Shown here in pieces: positions 1 to 9,401 of a stretch of 19,883 nt of DNA. The number at the start of each line of letters is the position of its first letter. Position 1 is the first letter of the stretch. The notes beneath the pieces are model-generated. The model was given only the letters and a program-made list of their open reading frames with translations, did no database searches and was not told the origin of the DNA. The DNA is taken from contig JBDGSL010000078.1 in assembly GCA_042217555.1 (NCBI GenBank), positions 1 to 19,883 on the forward strand. The letters are read 5' to 3'. This DNA is from Candidatus Nanohalobium sp. (lineage in GTDB: Archaea; Nanohalarchaeota; Nanosalinia; Nanosalinales; Nanosalinaceae). The translations under genes and the position numbers were made by a program.

Positions 1-230
1 AGAGAATATCCAACAATTTTAGCAAACACGGAAATGGATTAGTGAGATCCAACCCTCCTTTCTCGCGACGCACGCGCCCGTGACTATAACCGCCATCCAA
101 ACAAGATCTTATCCGCTTCAAACAGTTACCTGTAACTTCTTTAACCAGGCATAACCAGCATTTTAGACGGCTCCGCGACGCGTCGCCGTTGGTAAAGCTT
201 ATGAAGTAGAGGAATCACTGTTCAAACAGG

Positions 231-560
231 ATGAACAAAGCCTGGATTCGGGCAGTAAAGGAAATGGATGAACGACCACATCCCAACCTCCAGAAACAAG
301 TATATCTTAACATACAGGCTCTGGAAACCAGGAAAAACCTGAACAAGTTATCCAAGAAACAGTGGAAGAAACTGATCTCCGAAGTAGTCCAAAACCAAGG
401 CATCAAGACTTACCCAGATAGATACCCGTTCGAAAAAGAGGAACGGATAAGCGTGGTAACCGCAGACAGAGACAACAACACTGAAGAAGTCTTCACAGGA
501 AAACTCAAAATACCAGAAAAGTACCGGGAAAAAGACGCAGGAACAGAACAAATCTACTAA
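231..560 (+). CDS. Hypothetical protein (109 aa, basic)
   Basis: ATG ORF with A/C-rich coding-like composition; no family recognised. Confidence 0.55.
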   Translation: MNKAWIRAVKEMDERPHPNLQKQVYLNIQALETRKNLNKLSKKQWKKLISEVVQNQGIKTYPDRYPFEKEERISVVTADRDNNTEEVFTGKLKIPEKYREKDAGTEQIY

Positions 561-625
561 CACAGAGGTAGCAGCCACAAAAACCAGACTGAGGCTGTGA
601 TAAAAACCTTTTTATCACAGAAACC

Positions 626-1156
626 ATGGACAGAGAAAGCTTACTGACTGTCATAACCGACATAGACGGCTGGGAAGAACTCCCGATCGAGTTCAAGGAG
701 TATATTAACCAGTTGGAAAACTCCGACAACTCATACAGTACAGACACAGTAGTAGTAGTCAACTACATCAGATACTTGGAAAAGATAGACTTCGACCCTC
801 TAAGCAGCGAACCATGCCCCAACATATACGAGGAAGATGCAAGCTTCCCTCTCTCACAGTTCTTGGACTACGCTGAGAAGAAAGCAAACCAGAGAGGATT
901 TGAAAGCTCCAACAGCAAAGTCCGATTCAAATATTTCCTCTACATCGCACTACGCAACTACCTAGAAGCACTCGACGAGGACGAAAAGATAGAGGAACTA
1001 CCGCCCTCAATGAAACTACAGAAACCCAGCAGCGAACCACCAGTCCAAGCACCAGAAGAATTCAACCTAGAATATGGAGAAGATACAATAGGTAAAGTAG
1101 AACCTAGAAACAACATCAAGATAAGAAAAATTGAAAGAAAGCAAGAAGAAAAGTAG
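626..1156 (+). CDS. Hypothetical protein (176 aa, acidic)
   Basis: ATG ORF with TTTTTAT about 15 nt upstream; acidic composition like the other genes; no family recognised. Confidence 0.65.
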   Translation: MDRESLLTVITDIDGWEELPIEFKEYINQLENSDNSYSTDTVVVVNYIRYLEKIDFDPLSSEPCPNIYEEDASFPLSQFLDYAEKKANQRGFESSNSKVRFKYFLYIALRNYLEALDEDEKIEELPPSMKLQKPSSEPPVQAPEEFNLEYGEDTIGKVEPRNNIKIRKIERKQEEK

Positions 1157-1287
1157 CTAACAAATTACAGTAACATTCTCAGTACATATCTTAAAACAAG
1201 AACCGAGATCCTGAAGTACTAGGACAAGATGTAAAAGAGTAGCCGGTCAACGCTTACATACCTCTGCCCACCGAAATATAGCCGTAT

Positions 1288-1305
1288 ATGCGGCGTCCGG
1301 GATTT
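1288..1305 (-). repeat. 18-bp exact copy of the tRNA-Gly 3' end (att-like scar)
   Basis: atgcggcgtccgggattt at 1288-1305 is identical to 1416-1433. Confidence 0.8.
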
Positions 1306-1353
1306 TGAAAATTGGAAATTTTCTGCTAAACCCGGAACTTGCAGCGCTGAAAG

Positions 1354-1380
1354 CGATGCGGTGCGCAGCATTTGAACCCG
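1354..1380 (-). repeat. Degenerate copy of the tRNA-Gly 3' end
   Basis: cgatgcgg-tgcgcagca-tttgaacccg versus cgatgcgg-cgtccggga-tttgaacccg at 1414-1440, a 60-bp offset. Confidence 0.6.
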
Positions 1381-1416
1381 AATGCTGCTTCAAGCATGCG
1401 ACCTCAAAAAGGTCGA

Positions 1417-1569
1417 TGCGGCGTCCGGGATTTGAACCCGGGTCACCGGCTGACTTCTGGATAAACCCGGTGGAGAAAAGTGCGTTCGCCGAGGGCGAAT
1501 GCTCTCTTGCGTGTCCACCTGAGCGTAACCAGTGGAAGGCCGGGGTCTTAGCCACTGGACCAACGCCGC
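1417..1569 (-). tRNA. tRNA-Gly(TCC) with an 81-nt intron (1452-1532) at position 37/38
   Basis: The reverse complement folds with acceptor GCGGCGT/ACGCCGC plus discriminator A, anticodon stem CCGGC/GCCGG, loop CT-TCC-A|intron|A and T arm CCGGG-TTCAAAT-CCCGG. There is a canonical bulge-helix-bulge (CTTC/GAAG helix, CAC and TCA bulges) and no encoded CCA. Confidence 0.95.
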
Positions 1570-1801
1570 AGATTGAAAATCTGCTAAGTAGCTGAAAACT
1601 CTTTCGAGTTTTCAAACGCTGCAAAACTTCTGAAAGTTTTATCACGCACGAAGCTAGGTTCGTGCTTCAAGCAACTTGGAAAGTTGCGTCACCAGAAGCC
1701 ATTCATCGAATGGCTTACGGGTAATCTGTGTTTTATGTGTTATTTTCTTAAAATGGTCTGTGGTGTCTGGTTTTTTGAATCTTCCAGTCTATTTTCTGTG
1801 T

Positions 1802-2215
1802 ATGGTTTCTGAAGATTTTCTGGAGGAAAGGGCTGAGTCCGCGGCTGAAAGGCTTATTGAGGTTGAAGTTGAGGGTCGTGGTGACCGGACTGTAAAGGTG
1901 GATAAGAGGAACAGTTTTGATGAAAAGCTTGAGAAGGATATTGAAACGGATGAAGGTGTCTGGAGCAGGGAGGAGGTTGAGTACCTGGTCAGTAACAGGC
2001 AAAGTATGAGTAATGATGAGATGGAAGAGTTCTTGAACCGTGAGTCTGATTTCCAGGAGAGTGGTTTCGAGCGTTTCTCTGAGGCCGAGGAAGAACTGGT
2101 TATGCGTAGTTTTCCACGGGAGGATGCTGAGGAGATAGCCGGGCAGCTTGACAGGCCTGTAGAGGAAGTTGAAAAGAAGATAAAGATGCTGGGACTGGGC
2201 AACAAGCTGGAGTAA
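1802..2215 (+). CDS. Hypothetical acidic protein with possible Myb/SANT-like HTH repeats
   Basis: Likely start is ATG 1802, because the upstream ORF extension is T-rich and non-coding-like. Motifs WSREEVEYL and FSEAEEELV...EEIAGQLDRPVEEVEKKIKMLGL; first gene of the nop5 operon. Confidence 0.7.
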   Translation: MVSEDFLEERAESAAERLIEVEVEGRGDRTVKVDKRNSFDEKLEKDIETDEGVWSREEVEYLVSNRQSMSNDEMEEFLNRESDFQESGFERFSEAEEELVMRSFPREDAEEIAGQLDRPVEEVEKKIKMLGLGNKLE

Positions 2216-2222
2216 AAAATTT

Positions 2223-2975
2223 ATGGGTAGAGAAGAGATCCGGGAGAAGGCTCTGGAACGGACGAGGAAGCAGCTAGCTGAGACTGACCGTGTGAAGCTG
2301 ATGGTTAAAGCGGTGAAGAACCTTGACCGTGCAGCCAGTTCCTGGACTGAGGATGTTGAGGCTTTCAGGGACTGGTACTCGCTTCACTTCCCGGAGCTTG
2401 AAAACGAGATACAGGACGATGAACAACTGGTGAAGATACTTTCCCGTGAAGTTGACAGGAACAATCTGAAGTCGTTCAATGAGATGGCAGAGGAGTCCAC
2501 AGGAATGTACCTGGGAGAGGAAGACAGGAAGATGCTGCAGGACTTTGTTAACTCGCTTGAAGAACGCCTGGATCTGAAGCAGAGACTGGAGCAGTACGTC
2601 CACGACATAGCCATGGAGGAGATGCCGAACACTTCCATCCTGCTCGGGCCTGTACTGGCAGCGAGAATGGTGAAACTGGCAGGAGGACTTGAAGACCTTG
2701 CCAGGAAACCCTCGTCCACGATCCAGGTGCTTGGAGCGGAGAAAGCACTGTTCAGACATCTGAAAGAAGGTGGAAACCCGCCGAAACACGGTATACTGTT
2801 CCAGCACGAGTACGTTAAACGTTTACATCCGGACAGCCGTGGGAAGATGGCGCGTTTCATCGCAAACAAGACTGCGATAGCAGCAAGAATCGATCAGTAC
2901 GGAGACAAGGAGAAAGGAGAAGCACTTAGAGAAGAATGCAGAGAAAAATTTGAGGAATTAAAAGAGGAAGAGTAA
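2223..2975 (+). CDS. nop5: Nop5/Nop56/58 box C/D sRNP protein (compact form)
   Basis: Motifs WYSLHFPEL, LARKPSSTIQVLGAEKALF, PPKHGILF and GKMARFIANKTAIAARID; directly upstream of fibrillarin. Confidence 0.95.
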   Translation: MGREEIREKALERTRKQLAETDRVKLMVKAVKNLDRAASSWTEDVEAFRDWYSLHFPELENEIQDDEQLVKILSREVDRNNLKSFNEMAEESTGMYLGEEDRKMLQDFVNSLEERLDLKQRLEQYVHDIAMEEMPNTSILLGPVLAARMVKLAGGLEDLARKPSSTIQVLGAEKALFRHLKEGGNPPKHGILFQHEYVKRLHPDSRGKMARFIANKTAIAARIDQYGDKEKGEALREECREKFEELKEEE

Positions 2976-2976
2976 T

Positions 2977-3630
2977 ATGAAGGAAGTACAGCCAGGGATA
3001 TACAGGGAGGGCGACAACCTGTACACGGTCAACGCAGTTGAAGGAAAAGATGTCTACGGCGAACAGCTTTACAGCCGTGAAGACAGAGAGTTCCGGGCCT
3101 GGCACGGCAACAGATCGAAAGCCGCAGCCGCAGCACTCAACGGAGTAGACCTGGAGATAGAAAGAGACGACGAAGTACTGTACCTTGGAGCCTCAACAGG
3201 TACAACAGTCTCCCACTTCTCAGATATACTTGAAGACGGCTTTATATACGCAGTAGAGTACTCTGAAACTGTTATACGTAGCCTGGTGAACCTGGCAGAG
3301 CAGAGAGAGAACATAGCGCCGATACTTGGAGATGCAAGAAACCCGGAAGAGTACTCTGACCTGGTGAGAAAAACCGACATCGTGTTCCAGGACATATCCC
3401 AGAGCGATCAGCCAGAAATATTCACAAAAAACGCAGAGAAATACCTGAAAAAAGATGGGACAGGCCTTCTAGCAGTAAAAGCACACTCCATATCCACATC
3501 AAAAGATGAGGAACAAGTTTTCACCGAAGTAAAACATAAACTGAAGGAAAAATTCGATATAAAAGCTGAGAAACGGCTTGAACCCTACGAGAAAAACCAT
3601 CTCTTCCTCAAACTCAAGTGGTCAAGTTGA
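2977..3630 (+). CDS. flpA: Fibrillarin-like rRNA/tRNA 2'-O-methyltransferase
   Basis: Motifs [46 protein letters not shown] and LEPYEKNH. Confidence 0.96.
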   Translation: MKEVQPGIYREGDNLYTVNAVEGKDVYGEQLYSREDREFRAWHGNRSKAAAAALNGVDLEIERDDEVLYLGASTGTTVSHFSDILEDGFIYAVEYSETVIRSLVNLAEQRENIAPILGDARNPEEYSDLVRKTDIVFQDISQSDQPEIFTKNAEKYLKKDGTGLLAVKAHSISTSKDEEQVFTEVKHKLKEKFDIKAEKRLEPYEKNHLFLKLKWSS

Positions 3631-4010
3631 AAGTCATGGCCCAGGGAACATTCGACATCCTCCACCCGGGACACCTTCACTACCTGGAGAACTCGGCCAA
3701 ACTCGGAGACCGGCTCACAGTAGTGATCTCACGGGACGCCCGCACAGAGAAAGAACTCCACTTCAACGAAGACGAAAGAAAAAAAATGGTGGAAGCACTG
3801 CAGGTCGTCGACAGAGCCGTACTCGGATCAAAAAAAGACATATTCACAACAGTACAGAAGATCGACCCCGAACTGATAACACTCGGATACGACCAGGGAT
3901 ACGACACAGAAAAAGTAAAGCAAAAAGCCGAAAAAGCAACAGGCCACAAAATCCAGGTAAAAAGAATCTCCAACCTGAAAAACTACTCCTCAAGCAATAT
4001 AAAAAACTAG
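3618..4010 (+). CDS. ribL: FAD synthase (archaeal cytidylyltransferase-like nucleotidyltransferase)
   Basis: [14 protein letters not shown] (HxGH) motif plus [13 protein letters not shown] and ITLGYDQ; overlaps the flpA stop; exact start uncertain. Confidence 0.85.
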   Translation: MVKLKVMAQGTFDILHPGHLHYLENSAKLGDRLTVVISRDARTEKELHFNEDERKKMVEALQVVDRAVLGSKKDIFTTVQKIDPELITLGYDQGYDTEKVKQKAEKATGHKIQVKRISNLKNYSSSNIKN

Positions 4011-4107
4011 AAAAACCCCTGTTTCCCCTCTCCTTTTTTCTCTCCTTTCTTGAAGGAATGGCTTTTAATTCAAACACCTTCCATACACCTTCTATGAGGA
4101 GTCAGCA

Positions 4108-5133
4108 GTGAAGGCACAGAGCAGCGTAGAATACCTTGTCACATACGGATGGATGCTAGTAGCTGTAACAGTAGTCGGAGGAGTCACATACCAGTACATA
4201 GACTCTGGATGCAGCCTCCAAGTAGACAGCACGGAAGGACCCTTCCCACGCATAGTAGACGTCGGCAAGTTCAACAACCAGACACTGGCCTTCGAACTCT
4301 ACAACCCGGACAGAGACACACAGAGAATAGACCACATAAACTTCACAGAAAACGGAGAAACACTGGCAAAAGTAGACGTCAACAGAGAAGTACTCGGCAG
4401 AGGCCGGATGCAGATACGGTCAAACCGCTTCAGCCAATCCAAAAACTGCAACACATACAAACTTCAGATAAACTACGGTGGAAACCTCAACCTCGTATCC
4501 CAGGCAGAACTGAAAGGACAGATCAAACTCTACGAAATACTCGCATCACTCACCGCAAAACCCTTCGCACCCAAAACAGGAGAAAACATAACCTTCAACG
4601 CCTCCAACACCGAATCCACATACGACATCAAAGAATACAAATGGAAGTTCGGAGACGGGGAAACAGGATACGGAAAAACAGTCAACCACAGCTACACCCA
4701 CGAACAGACATACCAGGTAAAACTCACAGTCACAGACGAAAGAGGCCGAACAGACACAGAAACACTCAACATATACGTCGGAGGAGTATTCACACGAAAA
4801 GGAGGAACACTCCCCAAAATCGGGATAAGCAACACACTCGCCTCCACCTGCATAGGAAACAACTGCACCAACACAACCTCACAAGACCAAACAGCAGTAA
4901 GCCGCAGAGGAGACTACATAGAAGGAACACTCCTCACAGACAAAATACTCAAACTCAACACAGACATGTGCATAACCTCCAACAACTCATTCAACCAAGA
5001 CCAGGGATGCCCCAAAACACGAAAAGGAGAAGACAAACCACTCACCACACAAAACTACAAAATGAACGGCAGCCTCAAAGCACCAGTAATAAAACCCAAC
5101 CAAACCCAACTCTGCATAGGAAACAACTGCTAA
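4108..5133 (+). CDS. Class III signal peptide (pilin-like) protein with PKD domain and Cys-rich fibre-like C-terminal repeats
   Basis: N-terminus KAQSSVEYLVTYGWML plus hydrophobic helix; PKD signature ITFNAS...YKWKFGDG...HSY...VKLTVTD; CIGNNC occurs twice; GAGGAG RBS before GTG. Confidence 0.85.
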   Translation: MKAQSSVEYLVTYGWMLVAVTVVGGVTYQYIDSGCSLQVDSTEGPFPRIVDVGKFNNQTLAFELYNPDRDTQRIDHINFTENGETLAKVDVNREVLGRGRMQIRSNRFSQSKNCNTYKLQINYGGNLNLVSQAELKGQIKLYEILASLTAKPFAPKTGENITFNASNTESTYDIKEYKWKFGDGETGYGKTVNHSYTHEQTYQVKLTVTDERGRTDTETLNIYVGGVFTRKGGTLPKIGISNTLASTCIGNNCTNTTSQDQTAVSRRGDYIEGTLLTDKILKLNTDMCITSNNSFNQDQGCPKTRKGEDKPLTTQNYKMNGSLKAPVIKPNQTQLCIGNNC

Positions 5134-5170
5134 AAAACACCTATAAACCAAGAACACACAACAAAAAAAC

Positions 5171-7963
5171 ATGAAACACACCAAAACCCTCCTCACCACA
5201 GCACTCATACTCCTCACAGCAACCACAACAGCAGAACTCAACTTCAAAACACAAAACCCCATCAACTTCCACAGCAACATAAACATGCAAAACAACCAGA
5301 TACAAAACCTATCCACCCCCGTAAACTCAAACGACGCTGTTAGACTCCAAGACCTTGGAAACTACGTCAACAGAAGTGGGGATACTATGAATGGTTACCT
5401 CAACATGAACGGTAATAACATAACTGCTGTTGACAATCTTAAAACAGGAGGTCAGAACATTACAGTCCGAGACACAAAAAACAATCAAGATATCATGCGT
5501 TTAAAACAAGGAGGAAACATAGAAATACCGAACGGAAACCTTGACATGGGTGGAAATTTGGTAAGCAATACGGGAAAGGTGGGAGGTGCAAAGGCGAGAA
5601 ATTGGGGATTTGAGAGCCCCAGTGGTAAGGAGAAGATTGATTCAGGAATACCTGGGTGGAGAGTGGAAGAAGTATCTGGTACCGATATACAGAAGAGAGG
5701 GGGTAATACGGAATCTTTCTCATTTGGATTTGAATCCTGTTGTAACCCTGTGGGGGACGGTGCAGGTGGTGGAAGTACAGGCCAATGGGATGTCTACAAG
5801 ACCTTTTCAGGCAATTTTGGAGACAGATGGTTTAACGCATCTGTTAAAGCCTATGTTAATGCTGATGTTGACGGCGTTGGCAGCTGTAGTTCTGGAAATG
5901 TCTGGGTAGGTGAGAACGGTGCTAGGATAACTCTTAGAGCCTATGATAGCTCCGGCAACCAAATAGGTATAAAGAGAGGTCATTGGACGGCATGGCATGC
6001 CAAGAATACTGCTGGCATAAGTGGTGATGGAGATAAAACAACGAGTGATGTGTCTAAGGTAATTAAAATATACAATCGTTATCATCTTCCTTCAGGTACA
6101 AAAAAGGTCAGAGTAAACTTGAATGCTGGAGAAAATAGCAACTCCTGTACTTCTGAAACCAGTGAAGCAATTGGAAATGCCGCTACTTACTTCGATAGTT
6201 TTGAATTGGACACCAAAGCCGACTGGACAGATTACGGCGGTAGAGAATCTGTATTTGTCGGAGGCGGCAACCTCGACATGAACGGCAACAACATCGCACT
6301 CAACGGAGGCTACCTCTCAAATGATGGTGACAACGAAGGAATAACAATAGACAACTCAGGGAACGTACAGGTACCAAGTGGAAATATTGGCCTTTCGGGT
6401 GATTTTCTTTTCCATAGGAGCACCAATTTTACCCTCCAGCAAAGTGGTGGAGATGACAAACTGGTCTTCTGGGATGAATATCGCAGTCGGCGGCTTATGT
6501 CTCTTGACTATGATGAAAGTGGCCCGCTTAAGCTCACCAATACGGCTCTCGACATGAACGGCAACAACATCAACAACGTCAACTCGATAGAACTCAACTC
6601 TCAGGGAGAAATCCAGACCGACGGAACGAACGCGATAACGATTGATTCAGGGCAGAACGTAGCGATTCCGAACGGCAACTTGGATGTTTCCAGTCCTTCC
6701 AACTCGGATCATACCGTGGATGTCGGCGGTTCAATGGGTGTGGAAGGAAACCTGGATTTAAACTCTAACGCGATGAAGAATGTTGACTGGTCGAACAGTG
6801 ATAATCCTAACACAGACAATCAGGGTTTGACTAATGTCTTAGGTAATGATAATACGGCTGGAAATGACATAGTTATGGATGGCTCCAATAATCTGTATTT
6901 CGGAGATTCAGGGGATTCTGGCCGAATTCAGGCCCGGCTCCACAATAATCAGAGGTTTTTAATGGCTCCATACGACGATGGTTCTGAACAGTGGGGGAGA
7001 GAGTTTGGATATTCTAGTGGGACAAATCAATGGTACGTGGAAAATGGTCTAGATATCAAAACAGGTGGACTAGACATGAACAGCAACGATATCAAGAATA
7101 TTGATGAGATAAGTGAGCCGCGTAGGGCGGCTTCGATGAACTCGGTATTCCATGACTCTTTCGAGGATAACAGTCTTGGAAACTGGGCACGTGTGGACAC
7201 CTCTACAGGAGGCTCGGCAACAGGTATCGGGACCGGAGGACAGGTCGGTGCGAACCCGATCGGCGACTATCTCATCAACATGGAGGGTTTGGATATGATC
7301 GAGTATCAGGCCAATATCGATCTTTCCAGCCTCGATGATCCGGTTTTAAGCTTTTACTGGGCGTGCAGGAGCTGTGACAACGAGGGAGGGTATTTGGAAA
7401 TATCTCAGGATGGCGGGTCTTCCTGGACGCAGATCGAAACTTTCAGGCCTCAGACAAACTCCGGGGGTGGTAACTCCAACTTCCAGTACGAGGAGGTCGA
7501 CCTATCCGCTTACGGCGGCCAGGGAGATATCAGGATCAGGTTTAAGGGAAGCCCGGGAAGCGGCGACGACTTTGCGGTTGACAACATCAATATACACGGT
7601 GAGAGAGGTCTCTTGACTAAGAGTTCGAAGACTCGTGTTTCGCAGAGGAGCACACTAGTAGCCGCAAGCAGAATCGACGCCGGCGGCAACCATATAACAA
7701 ATGTTGCAGACCCGAATTCCGCCCAGGACGCAGCCACTATGTCTTGGGTCAATAATAATGATGCCTCGGGCGCTTCCCTCGGGACGAAGGGTTGGACGTC
7801 GTGGTCGGTCGGGTCCCTGTCGGCGAATGCGACGTGTTCGGCCGGGGAGGTAGTGGTGGGGGTGCGTGTGGGTGGCAGGTCGTTGGGGGGGAGTTGCGCG
7901 GATGAGAGTCCGACGCAGGCGTCTTCGTGGTGTGTAAGTGTGCAGTGTGCCCCTCTACAGTAG
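5171..7963 (+). CDS. Secreted modular fibre-like adhesin (930 aa) with lectin/MAM-like passenger domains and a Cys-rich C-terminal tip
   Basis: Sec signal; neck-like motifs IQNLSTPVNSNDA and ITNVADPNSAQDAA; YVNRSGDTMNGYLNM; repeated (G)NLDMNGNNI linkers; beta-sandwich inserts ending YFDSFEL and FAVDNINI. Confidence 0.85.
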   Translation: MKHTKTLLTTALILLTATTTAELNFKTQNPINFHSNINMQNNQIQNLSTPVNSNDAVRLQDLGNYVNRSGDTMNGYLNMNGNNITAVDNLKTGGQNITVRDTKNNQDIMRLKQGGNIEIPNGNLDMGGNLVSNTGKVGGAKARNWGFESPSGKEKIDSGIPGWRVEEVSGTDIQKRGGNTESFSFGFESCCNPVGDGAGGGSTGQWDVYKTFSGNFGDRWFNASVKAYVNADVDGVGSCSSGNVWVGENGARITLRAYDSSGNQIGIKRGHWTAWHAKNTAGISGDGDKTTSDVSKVIKIYNRYHLPSGTKKVRVNLNAGENSNSCTSETSEAIGNAATYFDSFELDTKADWTDYGGRESVFVGGGNLDMNGNNIALNGGYLSNDGDNEGITIDNSGNVQVPSGNIGLSGDFLFHRSTNFTLQQSGGDDKLVFWDEYRSRRLMSLDYDESGPLKLTNTALDMNGNNINNVNSIELNSQGEIQTDGTNAITIDSGQNVAIPNGNLDVSSPSNSDHTVDVGGSMGVEGNLDLNSNAMKNVDWSNSDNPNTDNQGLTNVLGNDNTAGNDIVMDGSNNLYFGDSGDSGRIQARLHNNQRFLMAPYDDGSEQWGREFGYSSGTNQWYVENGLDIKTGGLDMNSNDIKNIDEISEPRRAASMNSVFHDSFEDNSLGNWARVDTSTGGSATGIGTGGQVGANPIGDYLINMEGLDMIEYQANIDLSSLDDPVLSFYWACRSCDNEGGYLEISQDGGSSWTQIETFRPQTNSGGGNSNFQYEEVDLSAYGGQGDIRIRFKGSPGSGDDFAVDNINIHGERGLLTKSSKTRVSQRSTLVAASRIDAGGNHITNVADPNSAQDAATMSWVNNNDASGASLGTKGWTSWSVGSLSANATCSAGEVVVGVRVGGRSLGGSCADESPTQASSWCVSVQCAPLQ

Positions 7964-8064
7964 CTATTCCCCTTTCCGGTTGGTTGTGGGGCGTGGGGCG
8001 ACCCTGTTCAGGGGAGATGGGTTCCCGCCCCTTTGCCGGGATGGGGAACGCGTAGCGTAGGGTT

Positions 8065-8619
8065 TTGAACAGGGCGTGGTACTGGGATGGATCGACCAAT
8101 ATTGATTTGGTGGATGGCGGCAACGTTGAAATCCCGAACGGCAACCTTGACATGAACGGCAACAACATCCAACTCAACGGCGGCTACCTCAGCAACGACG
8201 GCAGCAACGAAGGAATAACAGTGGACAACTCAGGGAACGTACAGGTACCAAGCGGAAAACTGGGTGTGGGAACTTCACCGTCAGCATCTTTGCACATAGC
8301 AGGTCAGGATAATTCACCGGTATTGTTAATCGAGCCAGATTCTATGACGGGTGAAACGTCCAGGATAAGGTTTTCTGATCCTGATGGGGGAACGGGGAAT
8401 ATGAATATAGAATATGCTGATGATGGTGCGGCCAGTCTCTCCGTCACAGGAGGCGGTTTGGATGTTTCCAGTCCTTCCAACTCGGATCATACTGTGGATG
8501 TCGGCGGTTCAATGGGTGTGGAAGGAAACCTGGATATGAACGGGAACAATATTAATTCGGCTGGGTCAGTAACTGTTCAAAATAGTTTCCAGCTTCCGGT
8601 GGGGACAGATGCTTACTGA
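8065..8619 (+). pseudogene. Orphan C-terminal adhesin segment (alternative or displaced tail) ending FQLPVGTDAY
   Basis: No signal peptide and only a TTG start. 8139-8258 resembles 6265-6384, and 8458-8535 matches 6680-6757 at 77/78 nt. Confidence 0.7.
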
Positions 8620-8682
8620 TTTCTTGAGGGATTGGTCGCTAAGGTTTGCCGGGAGGAGGGAATCAGTGTTCTGCGTGGAAGA

Positions 8683-8720
8683 ATTACCGGATTTTTAATG
8701 TTGCGGTTGTTGTGAAGTAG
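8683..8720 (+). repeat. Boundary repeat copy 1 (~38 bp)
   Basis: attaccggatttttaatgttgcggttgttgtgaagtag. Confidence 0.85.
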
Positions 8721-8758
8721 TCCAAAGTGATTTAATTATGCAGGTTTAAAACGGGTTT

Positions 8759-9034
8759 ATGTCTGAGGTTGATGTGCCTGATGATTCTTTGGAGGTTGTG
8801 AGGCAGAGTGTTTCCAAAGAGAAGAGGATTGTTCAGAGGAAAATTGAGAGATATGAGAAGAGGGTTGAGGAGTTTGAGGAAGAGTTTGACATGGATTCAG
8901 AGGAGTTTGTGGAGAAGTTTGAGTCCGGTGAGCTTGGTGATGATCAGGAATGGTTTGAGTGGAAAGCGAATATTCAGGCTTTGAAACGTTTGAAGGAGAG
9001 GAAGCAGAAGCTTGAGAAGGCAGGTATTGAATGA
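8759..9034 (+). CDS. Putative antitoxin partner of the DUF6516-type gene
   Basis: FEEEFDMDSEEFVEKFESGELGDDQEWFEW motif typical of the small partners of this family; ATGA overlap with the next gene. Confidence 0.75.
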   Translation: MSEVDVPDDSLEVVRQSVSKEKRIVQRKIERYEKRVEEFEEEFDMDSEEFVEKFESGELGDDQEWFEWKANIQALKRLKERKQKLEKAGIE

Positions 9035-9390
9035 TCTCCAGTATCTGGCGGAAACTTGACTCCCTAGGCTATATAGTTGAGGAGCAGGATATCAGTTTTG
9101 AGAGGATTGATGAGGAAACTTTCCGCATAGATGGAAAGATAGTGTTCGCTAACGGTTACTCTCTGGAGTTCATGGAGTACAGCTCTCCGGAAAACCATGA
9201 TTATAGGTTCCATTTAATGGACGAATCGGATAACCTGGTGAAGAGATGGGATAACGCACCGCATCACGAAGAACTGGAGAACTTCCCGTTCCATGTCCAC
9301 GTTTCTGAAGATAAAATTGAGCCTGATAAGCAAAGAGAACTTGTTTCAGTCCTTGACGAGATTGAGAAGATAATTGTAGAGAACCTGTGA
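9031..9390 (+). CDS. DUF6516 (TumE-like) putative toxin
   Basis: YRFHLMD...RWDNAPHHEELENFPFHVH signature. Confidence 0.75.
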   Translation: MISSIWRKLDSLGYIVEEQDISFERIDEETFRIDGKIVFANGYSLEFMEYSSPENHDYRFHLMDESDNLVKRWDNAPHHEELENFPFHVHVSEDKIEPDKQRELVSVLDEIEKIIVENL

Positions 9391-9401
9391 ACTGGCCGAA
9401 A

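Noticed and set aside
175..186. 12-bp palindrome gcgacgcgtcgc
   Set aside because: It is a single short palindrome with no supporting context.
1452..1532. Box C/D guide RNA inside the tRNA intron, suggested by the adjacent nop5-fibrillarin genes
   Set aside because: The intron sense strand has no RUGAUGA or CUGA boxes.
1247..1645. ORFs 1247-1645 (-) and 1305-1595 (+)
   Set aside because: They overlap the tRNA gene and its repeats and are spurious.
4149..5174. 341-aa alternative-frame ORF (likewise 3578-4111)
   Set aside because: These are shadow frames left open because the DNA is extremely T-poor; the Arg/His/Gln-rich products are non-protein-like.
7765..8060. Diversity-generating retroelement variable region (A-poor gene end plus downstream hairpin)
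   Set aside because: There is no template repeat or reverse transcriptase in the window, and codons end mainly in G/T rather than showing an AAC-derived pattern. A remote template cannot be excluded.
5171..8619. Invertase-driven shufflon
   Set aside because: All shared blocks are direct repeats, and I found no inverted cassette or recombinase.
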